Below, one piece after another: positions 1 to 13,794 of a stretch of 64,000 bases of DNA (positions are counted from its first letter, which is position 1; each line of letters begins with the position of its first letter). The stretch spans positions 806,001-870,000 of the forward strand of contig JAPETS010000003.1 of the NCBI GenBank assembly GCA_026023565.1. The letters run 5' to 3'. Below the pieces are notes generated by a model. It saw only the letters and a list, made by a program, of their open reading frames with translations, was not told the DNA's origin and searched no databases. Origin of the DNA: Cirrosporium novae-zelandiae. Its lineage: Eukaryota. The position numbers were made by a program, and so were the translations under genes.

Positions 1-494
1 AGCTTCTATCGTGTCACCCTGTATATTGTGCAGTTGAGGGTTTTCCTTGTTCCTTTATCCGAAGTCAGAAATAGAGTTATGGAGAACCGTGCGCTAACTC
101 AGGTTGACCACTCTCCTGTATCTAGTGTTTCCTTCAAAGGATTACTGTAGCCTGTGGCACTGGCTCATGCTCCTGTACCAAACAATGGAGAATATCAGTT
201 TATCCATGTCTTGGAGGAGATATTGATTTTCCCAGAGGAAAGTATCCTGGAACTTGATTGATGATCACCACTGACTGGTTTCATCACATCAATCGCTTCC
301 ATTTTTCTTCATATTAGAAGATAAAAAGAGCCACTTATAGGAATCCCTAATGTGGCAGTGTTCGTAAACCCTCTCTAGTTTGACTTGTTGCGTGAGTCAC
401 GGTAGTCCTAGAGGCTATGGGATATAAAATATCTTGAAAGGTCCCCTTCACAATCATCATTCACCCTCTCCCAATATCGATATATTCAAAGACG

Positions 495-1412
495 ATGAAG
501 GCCCGTCCTGCAGTCCATCCTCCTCGCATCCCCATCCCCCCTCTTGATACTACCGTAATCTCCGCCCATGCAAACCCAAGCACAATAGATTCACTCCTCC
601 CCGTGATTCTGGCCTCTTCTACACTTGCAAAACGCCTCTCTACCTACATTGACGACCAAGTCACCCTGAGCGTCACCCCAGAGCTTTACTGGGGAGGGGA
701 TCCAACCCGCCCGCCTTCTTACTATGTCTCCTGTCTAGTCCATGCGACATTGATTGGTCGCGCCTACGCGCTCCTGAATCCAGACAATAGAAATCAATAT
801 GGCATACAAGATGAAGTCGCAGAAAAGCAGCGGTCCGAGCTCTGGAAGGTTATGAGCTTGATATTCATCAAGGCCTTCTGGTCAGGAGCATATCCCGAGG
901 TCGGGTCTCGATATGCAGCCGCAGTCTTTATCCTCACATGTGGGCATGCTTTAGCGTCGACCCCCAACCTCCAGGGAAAAAGCAAAGACTGGTACGTCTG
1001 GTCGGACGAGATTCGAGAACCAGAAAAACTATGGTCCTGGGAAGACCTTAAAAATACGGTCCTCGCAACCAAAAAATTGCCGCAGGATCAGTGGGATGTC
1101 GAGAAGCTGAAGGATAGGTACATCCCTAGGACGCTTCCCGATGGCAAAGTTATCAATGATGTACCGGAATATATTCCAAAGGAAGTTCTGGAGGTCCTGA
1201 GACATGCGAGAGACCATCTGTGGAGCGGTTCTGGGGATCTAAGTAGTGCCGAGGTCGCCCAGTTATGCCTTGGGGATTCATTCAGTCCCGAAGGCCCTCT
1301 GCGGGACTGGACCCAAGGTGAGGACCATAGATACACTCCAAATTACTTTGATTATAATGCGAACAATGGTCCTGAGGGGGGTGGTGAAAGCAGGAACGGT
1401 AAGAAAGGGTAG
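495..1412 (+). CDS. Hypothetical protein, 305 aa, intronless
   Basis: Long ORF with a TATA-like 'tataaaa' ~70 bp upstream and globular composition; no family recognised. Confidence 0.6.
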   Translation: MKARPAVHPPRIPIPPLDTTVISAHANPSTIDSLLPVILASSTLAKRLSTYIDDQVTLSVTPELYWGGDPTRPPSYYVSCLVHATLIGRAYALLNPDNRNQYGIQDEVAEKQRSELWKVMSLIFIKAFWSGAYPEVGSRYAAAVFILTCGHALASTPNLQGKSKDWYVWSDEIREPEKLWSWEDLKNTVLATKKLPQDQWDVEKLKDRYIPRTLPDGKVINDVPEYIPKEVLEVLRHARDHLWSGSGDLSSAEVAQLCLGDSFSPEGPLRDWTQGEDHRYTPNYFDYNANNGPEGGGESRNGKKG

Positions 1413-2090
1413 CGTGATGAGGAGCCGCAGGTCCCCCAATAAAGGAGACTCTCAGTGGCACAGTATCATGTTGGAGACCATAGAGCAAGTACAATAACAC
1501 TCAATCTCAGACTATTCTATTTTACTTAGGTATCAATTGCTGTTAGTATATAGATAGGCAATAGTTTTTTTTAAAAATGTTAAAAACCATGCTCATTGTT
1601 GGCCACCTCGAGCACGAGGCTCTAAAAATATCTTATAAACCTGTCCCAGCTTAGCTCATCAGCCTCCTTAAGCCCTTGAGGTTGACGTGAACACGCAGCC
1701 GCTCGTAGAAGATGGGTTTCTCTAGCAAATCGAATACAACATACCCCTATATCAAATGTAAACTCGTTGATTTTCGAATATCAGTCGGAAATGGACAAAG
1801 AAATATAGGACCATCAAAACAATAATTCCTAGCCTAAAACAAAATCGATAGAATTAATTCATTGAAACATAAAAATATGGAAAACAAAAAAAAGTTCATG
1901 ATTAATTTTTTTTTCTGGTCGTTATGTGCGTGTCTATTTGATCTTGTTGATAGGTAGGTTATTTTGGGCTTGCTTTTTCTTACCTCCAAAAAATAAAAGC
2001 ATCCAACCCGAGAGCTATTTTCATCACTCCCCTTTAATTCTACCATTCGACCCCTTTCACAGCTCGCCTGCCCCATACTCAACTATTCAC

Positions 2091-3939
2091 TCACTCATCC
2101 GTACTTCCCTCTTCTCCTTCATCTCCCTTAGCATCATCATCCTCCTCAAACGTTCCCGCTGGAACCTCATACAGTCTCAAAACAGGCTTATTAGGATCCT
2201 TGACGAGGACGTACTTGCCCTCAGGCATCTTGAGACACATGTCGATGATGGTGCGGACGATACCCCAGCCGTTGTTGAGGTTCAGGTTCATCTGGGCTGC
2301 GAACTCGCGGGGCTTGTAGCCCATAACGCCGAGAATTACATGCTTATCGTTTGCTTTGGGGGAGGCACGGGAGACGAAGCTAGGGGGGATGAAGTTAGTT
2401 GATGGATGAATGAAGTTAAGGGATCAATTAGTCGTTGGACTTACCCAAGTTTCATGACGTCTGCTTTCGCTAGGATACTCTGTGCGGTCCAGCGTGCCAG
2501 TTTGCAGCTGTTGTTTTTCATCTCGGTGGCCACCACTGCACCCCGCTGGCTTGCCAGTTTGGTTCTCCAGTCTAGCGCACCGCCGCTTCCCTGTGCTTTG
2601 TGATCGAACTCATTCAGAGCCTTCAGCGTTAAGAACTGGTCTTCGCCTGAAATGTTGTTCTTCATGACAGCGTCTAGCTCCGTCCGCACGATAAGAGCGA
2701 GCTCGTTCTCATCAGCTTCGAGGGAGAGATCGAACTTGCGGTATTTATAGGCCTTTGAAGCGAGTGGTTCAGTTTCTAGTTGTGGGTTGTAGAAAGGATT
2801 TGGATGCTGTAACTCGAATTTGGCCGAGTCGGACTCGATGACAACCTGGTTGGCAAAGTTGTGATTGATGAAGGTGGCTTCGAGGGCAAGGGCGCCAGGG
2901 TTGTTGATGCTATCTTTGTTGCCCTCGGAGGTTTCTAGGGGTGCGTCGGCCGCGTTTTCGTTGACTGTGACCATGTCGATGGAGGAGCCGTCGCGCTTGT
3001 CGATGTAAACCTTGTTGCCTTGGCGGAGGATAACTAGATCCCATGAGTAGACGGAGCGAGGGGCGCACATTAGCATAGACAAGACGTTGTCAGTGGCAAA
3101 GATAGTAGCCTCATCCTTTTCAGCAAGCTCTTGGATCACAGGATCCATAGAAGTAGTAACGTTGTAAGATGCACGTTCCATAATGTTGAGTTTCCTTTCT
3201 GTGTTCTTTACGGGCGCTTTGTCGTACTGCCGGTCATAGTAATAGAGGAATCCGTAGCCGTCGAGGTCCTCGCCATCACCCGTCTCAAGGTTCAATTTTG
3301 CGAGACGGTTGAAATCAATCTCTTCAAGCATCGTCCAGTCCGGCTTAACCTGAACAGAAGCATCACGATTCCTCTGAGGCTTGTCGTAGTCCCTCCAGCC
3401 AAAACGGCGACCTCCTCTTCCCCGTCCACCACGGTTATCATAGTACCGATCTTGGCCACGCTGTTGTTGGCCAACTCTTTGATATCCTCCGCGACCGCCC
3501 CGTTGTCCTGCCCCACCTCTCTGTCCACGGCCTCGGAAAACAGTACCGCCACCACGGCCAAACCCTCTGGTCTTGGTTGTTCGGGTGTTGTCAACAACTG
3601 AGAAAGTGGATTCGTCCTCGGCCATCTGGACGGAGAAAAGGCTTGAGGCGCCTGCACCATATGCTTGTTGTTCTGTGAATGAGTGTCAGTATATTTCTAA
3701 TTTACCAAACGATCTGCTTGATTACCACGGTATCCTCGATTATACTGTTGACGACCTCTTCCACCATCACGCCCATCCTTTCCTTCTGAAGTCCAATCTG
3801 CCATTCGACCTAGTTTATCGCCCTTGGAATATGGGGCGTAGGGGACGCCATTAAGTGTATGTTCATTAGTGGCAGCAGGACCCCAGGAGTCGTCCGAAGG
3901 GAGAGAAGATACAAGATCCAACAAAGATATAGGTGCCAT
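2091..3939 (-). CDS. EIF3D: Eukaryotic translation initiation factor 3 subunit D (eIF3d), 3 exons (3939-3726, 3672-2445, 2379-2091)
   Basis: [19 protein letters not shown]-terminus, RGG tract, [49 protein letters not shown] introns join the ORFs in frame. Confidence 0.95.
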
Positions 3940-5176
3940 GGTTGGAATCTTGCAGATATGTTGATGGCTTAAATCCGTTGACCTGTCCTCTAGCTTGGTC
4001 GTCGCGATGATGTTTTCCAAAATGGAGTTGAAGTTCGTGGGGTGAAATCTTGGCGTGGATGACTAACATCGGCTTGGCATCATTTGCTTTTCACTTTGCC
4101 CTAACACGCTCTCAACTAACCCAAAGGTATCACCTGCTACAGAGTACCCTACCCTACATTGTACGACAAAGAAGAAAAACAAAAAGGAGACGGCACAGGC
4201 CTCAGATCCCCTCATAACAGGTTCTTTTCATTTCAAAATTTAATCATAGCAAGCTGTTACTCTTTCGATTCCAAGCATACCCATTTCTTTCGATTCCAAT
4301 CCTTCCAGCCCATTGCAAAGCCAATATATACAGATTTTCCCATGTTCCTAGACGATGACGGACATGAAAGAGGGGAGAAGCTCTCATTAATCCATCCATA
4401 CGCACGTGTTCGAGGTTGTAGCTTGGTAGTAAGTTCATCCGATTCATCTTCCTCCCCGCCCTTCAACCCTTGCCCCTATCATATCCCATTTCCTCCACCT
4501 CAAAATAAAGCTCCCCTAAGCACAATACGTCACAGAAGAAACGAATCAATGAAATAAGTAGGGACCGGGTCGGAACTGCATGGTGATTGCCCTAGTACTT
4601 TTTCCCTTTTTTTATCTATGAATAATCTTTTCCCACCCACAAAGCAGGATGCATTCCAAGGCAGGATAGGAAAAATGAGAAAAGGCACAAGGCAATTTGT
4701 GAACCGCAATTTCTGTGGTCAATTTGTTGTAGATTTTTCAATCCGAATTGGTGATATGTGCGAGGGAAGCAATCAGGTCGAAGTCCAAGGCGAGGAGATT
4801 TAAGTGAGGTTTGCTCGTTCATACGGTCTTTGGACCATTTTCTCGCTGGACCGCATTTTTCCCTCCGTATCCATCAAATATACCGCTCTTTCCCCGAAGC
4901 TAATAACAAAAGTCATCCGTAAAACAAGAATGTAATAAAAAGATAAGAACCTTATACCCTGCACCTGGGCGCCTTGCTGCAGAAGAACTGTAGAGAATTG
5001 CCCTGCTCAATCATTCCAGAAAGCCGCCTAATTTGATCATATAAGAAAATAAAGTTCATTATTAAAAGAATGTATACAGTTGGTGTTAGTGATCGTATTT
5101 CGATATAATGTGAAAGTTTGTTGATGATTGCATTTACAATCTCAGATTTAGGAAATATTGTGTTGTTGGTGTCATA

Positions 5177-8100
5177 TCAGCTTTTCTTATCTGACTGCAT
5201 GGATACAGTTCGCTTTGAGAGTGACGATTTCGGTCTAGGAGTCGGTTCGTCGTCCTCCTTCATTTCGATATTTGATGGCGGTCTTGGTGTGGTATCCATA
5301 TCAATATCAGCTAGCTTCTCGCCAAGTTCCTTGCGTAACATTTCAGGGGGAGTCATCTTTGATTTTGCGCTTGTTTCTGGTGGAATTGTTGACGGGGGTG
5401 TTGATAATTCCTTTGACGGATGATCCTCTTCATACCCCGAAATAACACTTCCATGACTATTCGTTCTCATCATTTCGGTGCCAAGTCTTGATGATCCACG
5501 AGATACTTTAACTTGAGGACTACGAGTACGTACTTGGATGTCTCCAAGTTCATCATCTTCGTCGTCCCCAGATTCAGCACATTCATGTCGTTGTTGTTCA
5601 ATAGAGACTCGTTTGGCTTGAATGGACTCTCTGGATCTAGCCCTCCTCGGAGTTTTTGGACCTACAACCGGAGGTGCTGAAGTGGTTTGAAGCAATTTGG
5701 GCATAACTGGCTGAAACATTGGTTTCACTTCCCCTGTTGTTTCGTCAGTGATTCCCAGCACATTGTTGCTCCATTCATCCGCCCCCTGTCTACTAATGAT
5801 GACTGGCACATCCTCCCCTTTAACATTTTCCATTTCACCAAAGAAGCTCGATCCCAAGGAGTCTTCGTGGCTTGATTCATGATATGAGCCTCCCCCTACC
5901 AAGGCTGGGAAGCTTGAAGTAGTAGAGCTAGGACTATCATCCAATCGAAGTGCCTGTTGTCTGAGCGAAGAGTGAGGGATAGGCAATGGTTGAGATGAGG
6001 CAATTGCATTTCCAGCAGCTGATGGTGGCTTCCACATGCAAAGTTGACTGAGAGCATCAGTCAATTTCGTCAAGGTTGGCGGCTTCTCCAATAACATGTC
6101 GAAATGGTGATTTTCAGGAAGTTCTTTCAAATAACCAGTAACAGCTACTAGAGGAGTTTGGGAATTGGCATTCTTTGTGTCTCGGATCATCCTTGCAACA
6201 TCTGCGCCGTTGACTTGTGGAAGTTTGTATTCCATCAAGATAACGTCAAACTGAATATCACTCATTGCGTACCGCATAGCTTCAGATCCATTGGCAGCAG
6301 TGATGGTACGGCATCGTAATTTCTCAAGAAGCCGCTCCATAACCATCCTTGATACGGGGTGATCCTCACAAATTAGGACATCCAGCGGCCGGAAAGCTGG
6401 ACCATCAAGTAAAGTAATTTGGGACATCCGCCGTGAGCTTTGTCTACGTCTTTGTACCCTTAGAAGGGCCTTGGCTCGAGGATCTTCATTGTCGGAAGAT
6501 GATGGAGAAATATCAAAAATCTGACTCCTGCGCTTATAATGACCGGGTACGAACTGTTCCTTTAACTGTTCTCCTTCCTGGGAACTAACAGTCTGTGACC
6601 TCGCGCGCGGAGTTGGGTTACTTGTTTGTCGCTGAGGGACTGGTCCCTTTTCTCCAGGCATCCCCGCCAAACGGCTTGGTTTCATGGGTGATGCTGCATT
6701 TGAGGCAACTTTGAAGCTACCAGCCTGCCTAGGAATATCCATACTCCCAGCCTGTAAGCCGCTACTAGATTGATGCGATAGAGTCGAAGATGCACTGGAT
6801 GTCTTCCTCCGTTCGTGATTGCCCGTGGAGAATGAGACGAGAAGAGGCGAGGAAGGCTGGGACATACGATTTGGAGAAGAATTCGCCTGACTTAAATTAG
6901 ATGGTGAAGCTGGACGGACATGGCCTTTATTGGTAGATAAGGTGCGCTTAAGCGGTCCAGGGAGCATTGGACTAGATTCAAGAGAGGGTGTTGGAGAATT
7001 GGGGCCAGTTGAAGAGGTCGATGGGATGGTCTTTGATTGAGCTAACATAGCTTCTGCTCGTAGCTTCTGGATTACATCTTTGTTGGCCTTTTCAAGAACT
7101 GGGAGGTTTTTATACGTAAAGTTACCAAAATCATCAGCCATGACAGGTTCACTTAACCTCCGACTACGCCCGTCTCGAACATGGGCTGGAATATGAAGTG
7201 GCATGAGCCCTCTTCGCATTGAATTGACATTAACTTGGGTACGGACACGAGAGAGCGCATCATGAGGTCGATCTGGATAATCTGCCCCAGGAGTGATATT
7301 CTGAGGGGACATCTGATCCTCGAGTTCTTCGGCAAACGATTGTAAGGTTGCGCCTCGAGCATCAAAATATTCTGTGTCCTCCGGATTTTCGAGATTTGGT
7401 ACAAATTGAGCTTCATCTTCCCGAAGAGTCTCCCAGTTGATATCGTTAAACCAAGGATGGGAACGAACTTCTTCACCCCCACTAGAGAACTTGTCACCTT
7501 CGTTAGCCCCAAGCCGAGCATGCGGATCAACAGTCATCAATTTATTTATTAGGTCTTTGGCTTCGGGAGAAACCGGACAATCTTCATCCGAAGGCCAGTC
7601 AATGTTTCGATTCAAGATATTCTCAAATACCTGGTCGGGGGTATCGGCATGGAACGGGGGATATCCATAGAGGAATTCAAAAAGAATACAACCAAGCGAC
7701 CACCAATCACTGGTTTCATCCTGGCCATCTCCCTTGATGGTTTCCGGAGCTAGATAATCTGGAGTCCCAACAAAGCGACGTTTGTTATCATCTGGGTCGA
7801 AAAGAGCCATAGGTGGAATCATATTTGGTTGGGTTGGTATGTTAGTGATGCTTATATGACTAGTTGTAGGCTGAAGGGTGTAAGGATCTGGAGAATTGCT
7901 TCCTTCACTGTGACACTCCTCTTCAATAGAAAGTCCTTTTTGAGCCCCAGAGAAACTATTGGATTCTGACATGGAGAGATTGCGGAATAAAGCATGAAGC
8001 TGGTCACTACCACCGCTGTCACTCCGATAATCTGAGGCTTTTCGCGAGTGTTCGCGGGTTATACTATCATCACGGTTTAAATTGAAGTATGATGGTTGTA

Positions 8101-10971
8101 CGAGGGGAGCTGCCATATCCGGCGTAAATAGAGGAGTGGAAGTGGGAGAATGGCCACCCTGGAAATCAAACGAGGCAGATCGAGATGGTGTTTTAGAGGT
8201 CGCACTGGGAAATGGTCCCTGCTTTAATAAGTCTGGTTGGGACTCATTCGGGCTCTTCTGAAGACGTTTCTGACGGCCAACCAATCCCATCCGGGACAAA
8301 CCGAAATCTGTTAATTTTAGATGCCCCTTCTGATCAATAAGAAGATTGTCTGGCTTTAAGTCTCGATGAATAATGCTTTTTCCGTGTAGATTCTCGACCC
8401 CGAGAACGACTTCAGCCAAGTATTTCTTTGCCCAGTCTTCCGGGAGACCACCAAGAACCTTGACCAGAGATGCGCAATCCCCCCCATTAAGATATTCCAT
8501 AACCAAGTATAAATAGTCCTTACTAGCGAATGTCCAATACAGTTTTGCCACAAAGTCACTCTCCCCTTGCCACATCATAATAGCCCTTTCCGCTTTCACA
8601 TTTGTGACTTGATTTTTTGCTACCATATCGGCCTTCTTAAGTACCTTGATAGCAAAATAATCACCAGTAGACTTTTTCTTTGACAAGTATACACTGCCAA
8701 ATGCTCCTTTGCTGATGGGTTTGATAATCTCAAAATCTTTGATGGATGGTGCTAATGGACGAGACTGTGGATGACTCACTGAACCTAAGCGTGGAGATGG
8801 TGGTGGCTTCGCCATATCTGAAGAGGCAGCAGATGATTGTCGGCGATGACGATATGTTATCACAGCAGGAGAAGAGAACTCGGTCGTAGGCAAGAGCGGA
8901 GAGGTTATAGGAGATTGGAACTCGGGGCCACTTGGAACCCGAGGTTTGTTCATTCTCAGAGGAGACCCCGGAGGCGCAGGTCTAATTGGGGACTGCTGCC
9001 GTCCAGGGGAAATGATACCTGTTAGCTTTAGGCTTCGCCGTTTTCGTTCACGATCTCGAGAACTTCCAGTACGGCTGCGACTTAAGCCTCCTAGATTAGG
9101 ATCAGGAGATTCAGTCCGCATAAGATTTGATAATACAGAGGAAGGTGCACTGCTATCACTCGCCGCATCGTCATTTTCCAACGCCTTCTTAGTTAGCAAA
9201 TTACCGCTGACGTGTGATCGTGGGGTTGGACACTCCATTGGGCTACTAGATCGCGTGGAGAGGGCTGCTGATGAAGTCCGGGTTGCTAAACTCTCATGCA
9301 AAGCATGCTCGGACATATTCTTAAGAGCCGAAGCCATTGCAGTGGAGCCTTCAAGGGAGGCCGAGAAGGTGGCGAGTTCATCCCGAGAAAGTGAGCCCTG
9401 TTCCCGATCCTGCTCATGCTCCTGCTCCTGCTCCTGCTCCTGTTCTACTTCTTGTTGAAGATCTTCTTCAGATTCCGTGGAATCGCTGAGCTGGCCAGCA
9501 GCTATGCGAGCCGCCTTTTTCATAGCTTCATCAATACATTCCTGGACAAGAACATCAAATTCCATTCGGATTCTTTCTGAATATTCAAGTATCCTCATAT
9601 GTCGGTCCACAGCATCTACCTTGGCTTTTGAAAGTTGCTCTGTGTCAGAGCACAAAAGAGCAAGACCGGGCTCTTGTTCTAAAGTTGTTGGAGATTGCCA
9701 GTTCATCACCTGGGTCATCTGATTGTCAGATGAGGGTGACAGTGTACGGAAGTCTGGACCAGTTTGCATGCGTGTTTCTTTGATAGCGGGTGTACTGATA
9801 CTCAGAGCAGTATCACAAAGATCAAGCACGAGTTCTGTGATCCGCGGAAGTGGTCTACGAACAGCAAAAGATCGGGCACGGGCATGACCTCCTCTAGCAG
9901 TCGAAGAATCTCGAGATCCTCGGCCTGATGCTGGTGAAGCAGAGCCCGACGAGGAACCGCCTGATGGAGTAGAGGCTGAAGCACCAATTGGTAACCCTTT
10001 ATATTCAGCAACTTGAGTTGCTGTTGCCGTGGATCCTTCAGGAGCGGGGGTTCTACTTCTTCTAGCTTCCAAGGCATCCAAAACCCTAACAATCGCATTT
10101 CGATGATCAGTCAGAGCCTCCTGTGCCAACTGCACTTCCATTTCGGCCTTATGTTCCTGGAGACATAATTCAGTATGCTTTTCAAACCACCATGGCGTAA
10201 TTTGCCGTTCGCAGATGCGACATAGAATTGGTAGGGGTGGGGGATGGTTAGCAGGATCACTTGCTCCTACTTCTGCAAGGGCTGTTAGATAGTTTGCCAG
10301 CATTTCAGCACCGACGCCCAATGATTCGACAAGCACAGGTGGAAGGTCAATAGTGATCTCTCTTGGTTTTGGGGCTGGCCTAACCATCCACATAGTCTAA
10401 TTCTGTATCAGTAGAAGTAATCATCCGAATATTTAGATGTACATACATGGCTTTCCCCTTCAGACGATCGATCGTAGACCATTATGCCTTGGCCTTCTAA
10501 CATTACGTTTCCCTCTTCCGATTCTTCATCTTCACAAGCTTCTTCTTCATTGACTTGTTTAGCCTGTTCAGTAGGATCTGATCTGAGAACGGACTGCGGC
10601 CCCAAACGGACCGAGAAGTGGATAATCTGACTCCGGGAATCGTCCTGCTTCATAGATTCAACAGCATCGGCGAATACTGTCTTGTTGTCCTGAACAATCT
10701 CTGCAACGTTTTTGCCGATAACATTCTCTGCAGGAGTACCGATGACATCTTCCCAAGATGGGCTAACCCATCGGATGGTCCCGTCAAGCTCCAAGTCCAA
10801 AATAAGGTTGAGTGTGTGTTCTGCAGCTTCTTTTAGATCTTCTCGCTCTTCTCGTATATCTTCACTGAGTGTTCGCTGCATCTGCCCCCTCGGTAGGTCG
10901 ACCGCTTCCTGTTTCAAAGCCGTGATGGCCGGCGGAGCGAGAAACGTCTGGTCAACGCCATCTTTCGCCAT
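5177..10971 (-). CDS. RIM15: Rim15/Cek1-family Ser/Thr kinase (PAS + C2HC finger + split AGC kinase + receiver domain); intron 10446-10397
   Basis: PAS-like N-terminus (LDLELDGTIRWVSPSW), CRIC..H...C finger, ISKGAFGSV, HRDLKPDN, DFG, a large insert before FVGTPDYLAPE, and a C-terminal REC domain (VLICEDHPVSR). Confidence 0.93.
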
Positions 10972-13794
10972 TGTGACTGTCCTTGTGGGACAAAGATTGT
11001 CGTGGGCTCTCAGAAGCCAGGGTTGCTCTATTGAGCTTTCCTAGCTATGTCGTAGCTACATTGACGGCAAACCAAGCTCATGGCAGGCGTTTTCGTAACC
11101 AGTGAAGCAAGGAGACAGTTGGGCGGTCGCTGATTGACGCGATATCTCTCCAGGTAGTGGCAGGGAACAAAGAAAGGGCAAACGAGGGTCGCACCTGCGA
11201 GAAAATGAGTGTCAGCTCGGCAGAACCGACCCAGCACTCATCAACAGAATGAAATTGGAAAAGGTTTGGGTGAAGAGAAAAAAATTGTTGTGTCTTGTTA
11301 CCATGAGATTTTCTCGGCGGCGGGGGGGGGGAAGAGTCCTCGGGGGTTTCGTTATGGTTTCTTGAAGTTCGACAAGTTACAACGCGGAGCCCGGGAAACC
11401 GCTCAGCAACCGCCATACAGAATCCCAGCATGAGTCGGCCCCAACTCAAATTAAAAAAAAATACCAGCATCCACCATGCAATAGATAACTACTGCCAGTC
11501 TTGTGAGTTACTATTTTCTAGTCTCTACACCCTACAAATATAGCCATACACACATACCGAGCCATTCGTTGTGTGAGCTACCAAAATGACCAAGAGAAAG
11601 AAAAAAACACCTCGAGCAATTAAAAATCCAAAATTCATATATTAGATAACCTCCAATCGTTAGTTATTGAATCTGCGACAACGGCGTTGCAAAAAGTCAT
11701 CTTCATCATCATCACATCGTCACACTCTCTTGAAGCTTTTAATGCACGTGAGGTTATTCTTTATTTACCATAATACCGAGCGAATCGTCTTGATCGGTCA
11801 ACTCGATAAGAGTAGGAATAATAGAATACTGTACAATAGATTAGACTATACTTTCGAAAGTAGATAAATAAATAAAATACTTTATAGATAAAGCGGTACC
11901 TGATACCTGATACCTGATAGTCTCCCTGATACATATCAAAAACACTGCCAGGGCGCATCCCACCATCTTGAATTCTTATAGGATCAACGTGAATACCCGT
12001 CACGTCTGCCTCCACCTTTCTTCAGCACACCTCCTCAGGCACAAGGCTACAAATAACTACGCAGGCTTGTTTCGATGATGATGTCGCTGGCCGCTCTAGC
12101 CAAGGTGCCCAGTCATACCCAAGGGGCGAACATCATGGAACCGACAACCCATGCACCGACCAGTTGATAGATATCCCATGGTATTACGAACCTACCAGGA
12201 TCTCGATGACCTTTGTTCCCTGACTCGGGATTTCCCCCCCCCCTACTTCAAATGCTGACCAATTCTAAGTAATTGTCCACAATGCAGACAACGCAGACAC
12301 CATCTTTTCTTTTACTCTTCCCTCATAGCTCCCCTCATCATCTCTATTTTAAAAAAGATTGTCATTGTTGATGGGGTCACGCGCGATAAAATGAGGAGGA
12401 GGATTATTTTCCCCTCGCCAGCATTCATGGACCAAAGCGGCTTCCACTATCTGTAGTCATTGACTCATTGTAGATCATCTCTAGCTTTGTTCATCACATA
12501 CTTCAGTGAAAAAATCTGTTCCAAGATTCAAGAATATGTTTGAATAATAATCGTCCAGAATTTTTGATCTGATGATAACTGCCGAAGATGAGTTTCTTCC
12601 CAGTGGAATAGATTCAAACGAAAGGTGCGGATGGTTTCCTAGCTTTCCGGCGCACTATAAGAATAACGACCAGTCAGATTTGTCCCTGTAAATGCCTTTT
12701 TCCTATTATGAGGGGTAGTGGAAAGTATAAGGAACTACCTCATCAGCAGAACATTGCTTTTGTGATTGAACCACTGAATCACTGAACCATTGATGCTGTA
12801 TCCATACAAGGGACCAATAGCTATCTTAACTTTGAGCATCCTGACGGTTTCCTGCATTGTGATGGTTCCAATTCTTCTGGGATCTGACTGGAGTATTATC
12901 ATATCATATGACGACTCTTGCTTCTTGCTCCTTGCTGCATTGCGCTTTTCCTTGTCTCGGCCATGTTTCAATTGAATCCAGCCACCTCCAACGTAGTACA
13001 AGAGGAACAAGCCTCTTTTGAATTTTCTTTCTTTCTTCAACCAAAACAGTCAGTATCACCGTAATCTACGAGAAACGAGCCACTGTATCCCCCTCGAGGG
13101 AAAGCTATGGGATTACTGTAAGACGACATGTTCCATTGATCCGAAATTATGTGTCGCTTGGATCATGGCTGTGCAGATGGCTCATATGGTTCAGATGAAG
13201 AAACCATTGAACAAAAGTCTCATTGTATCATGCACGATTAATGACAGCGAATCTTGATATCTCCATCTCAAGGTCGGCCTCGCTAGGCTTGAAATGATAT
13301 TAGAAAGAAACCACCAAGACTACGCCTAGCCGCGCGTGGTTGCGGCTTGGTCGTATCATGAGATGTTAATTGAGGTCAAGTCTAGGTCCAAGGTTTTGTG
13401 GAGTAAATTGTTAGTTAAATCCTTAACCATCTCCTTACCTGAAGCGGTTGAAAACTGGAGACGCACTACCTTGGTACGGTTTGCTTTCTCTAAAAGAAGA
13501 AAATGGTAGGCATCGAGAAGTCTTGGTACCAAACAAAGGCTCCATGGAAGCTAGAGAAGAATGATCAGAAGACGGTCATGTCTCTTCCATTTAGTTCTTA
13601 TATGAGTTGGCTAAATTCATAGTTGTTCCGTTTCATCGGGAAAACCCCAAAGCCATGAATTAACTATTCTAGTTACTCTACCGCGTACTCGCACAGTGTA
13701 TAATTACTGTCTACTGTGAGGAAACCGTCCTATCCTTTCTGGGTCAATCGTCTTTAGCTTAATATTGGGGGCATCTGGCTATTTGTTATTACAT

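Noticed and set aside
6040..6390. Rim15 receiver domain has Glu (ILMEYKLP) at the phospho-acceptor Asp position
   Set aside because: This is typical of fungal Rim15 orthologs, not novel.
9400..9450. (tgctcc)n repeat
   Set aside because: Encodes an EQ low-complexity linker in Rim15.
12400..13600. Short ORFs that might be a decayed gene
   Set aside because: No recognisable motif or consistent exon chain.
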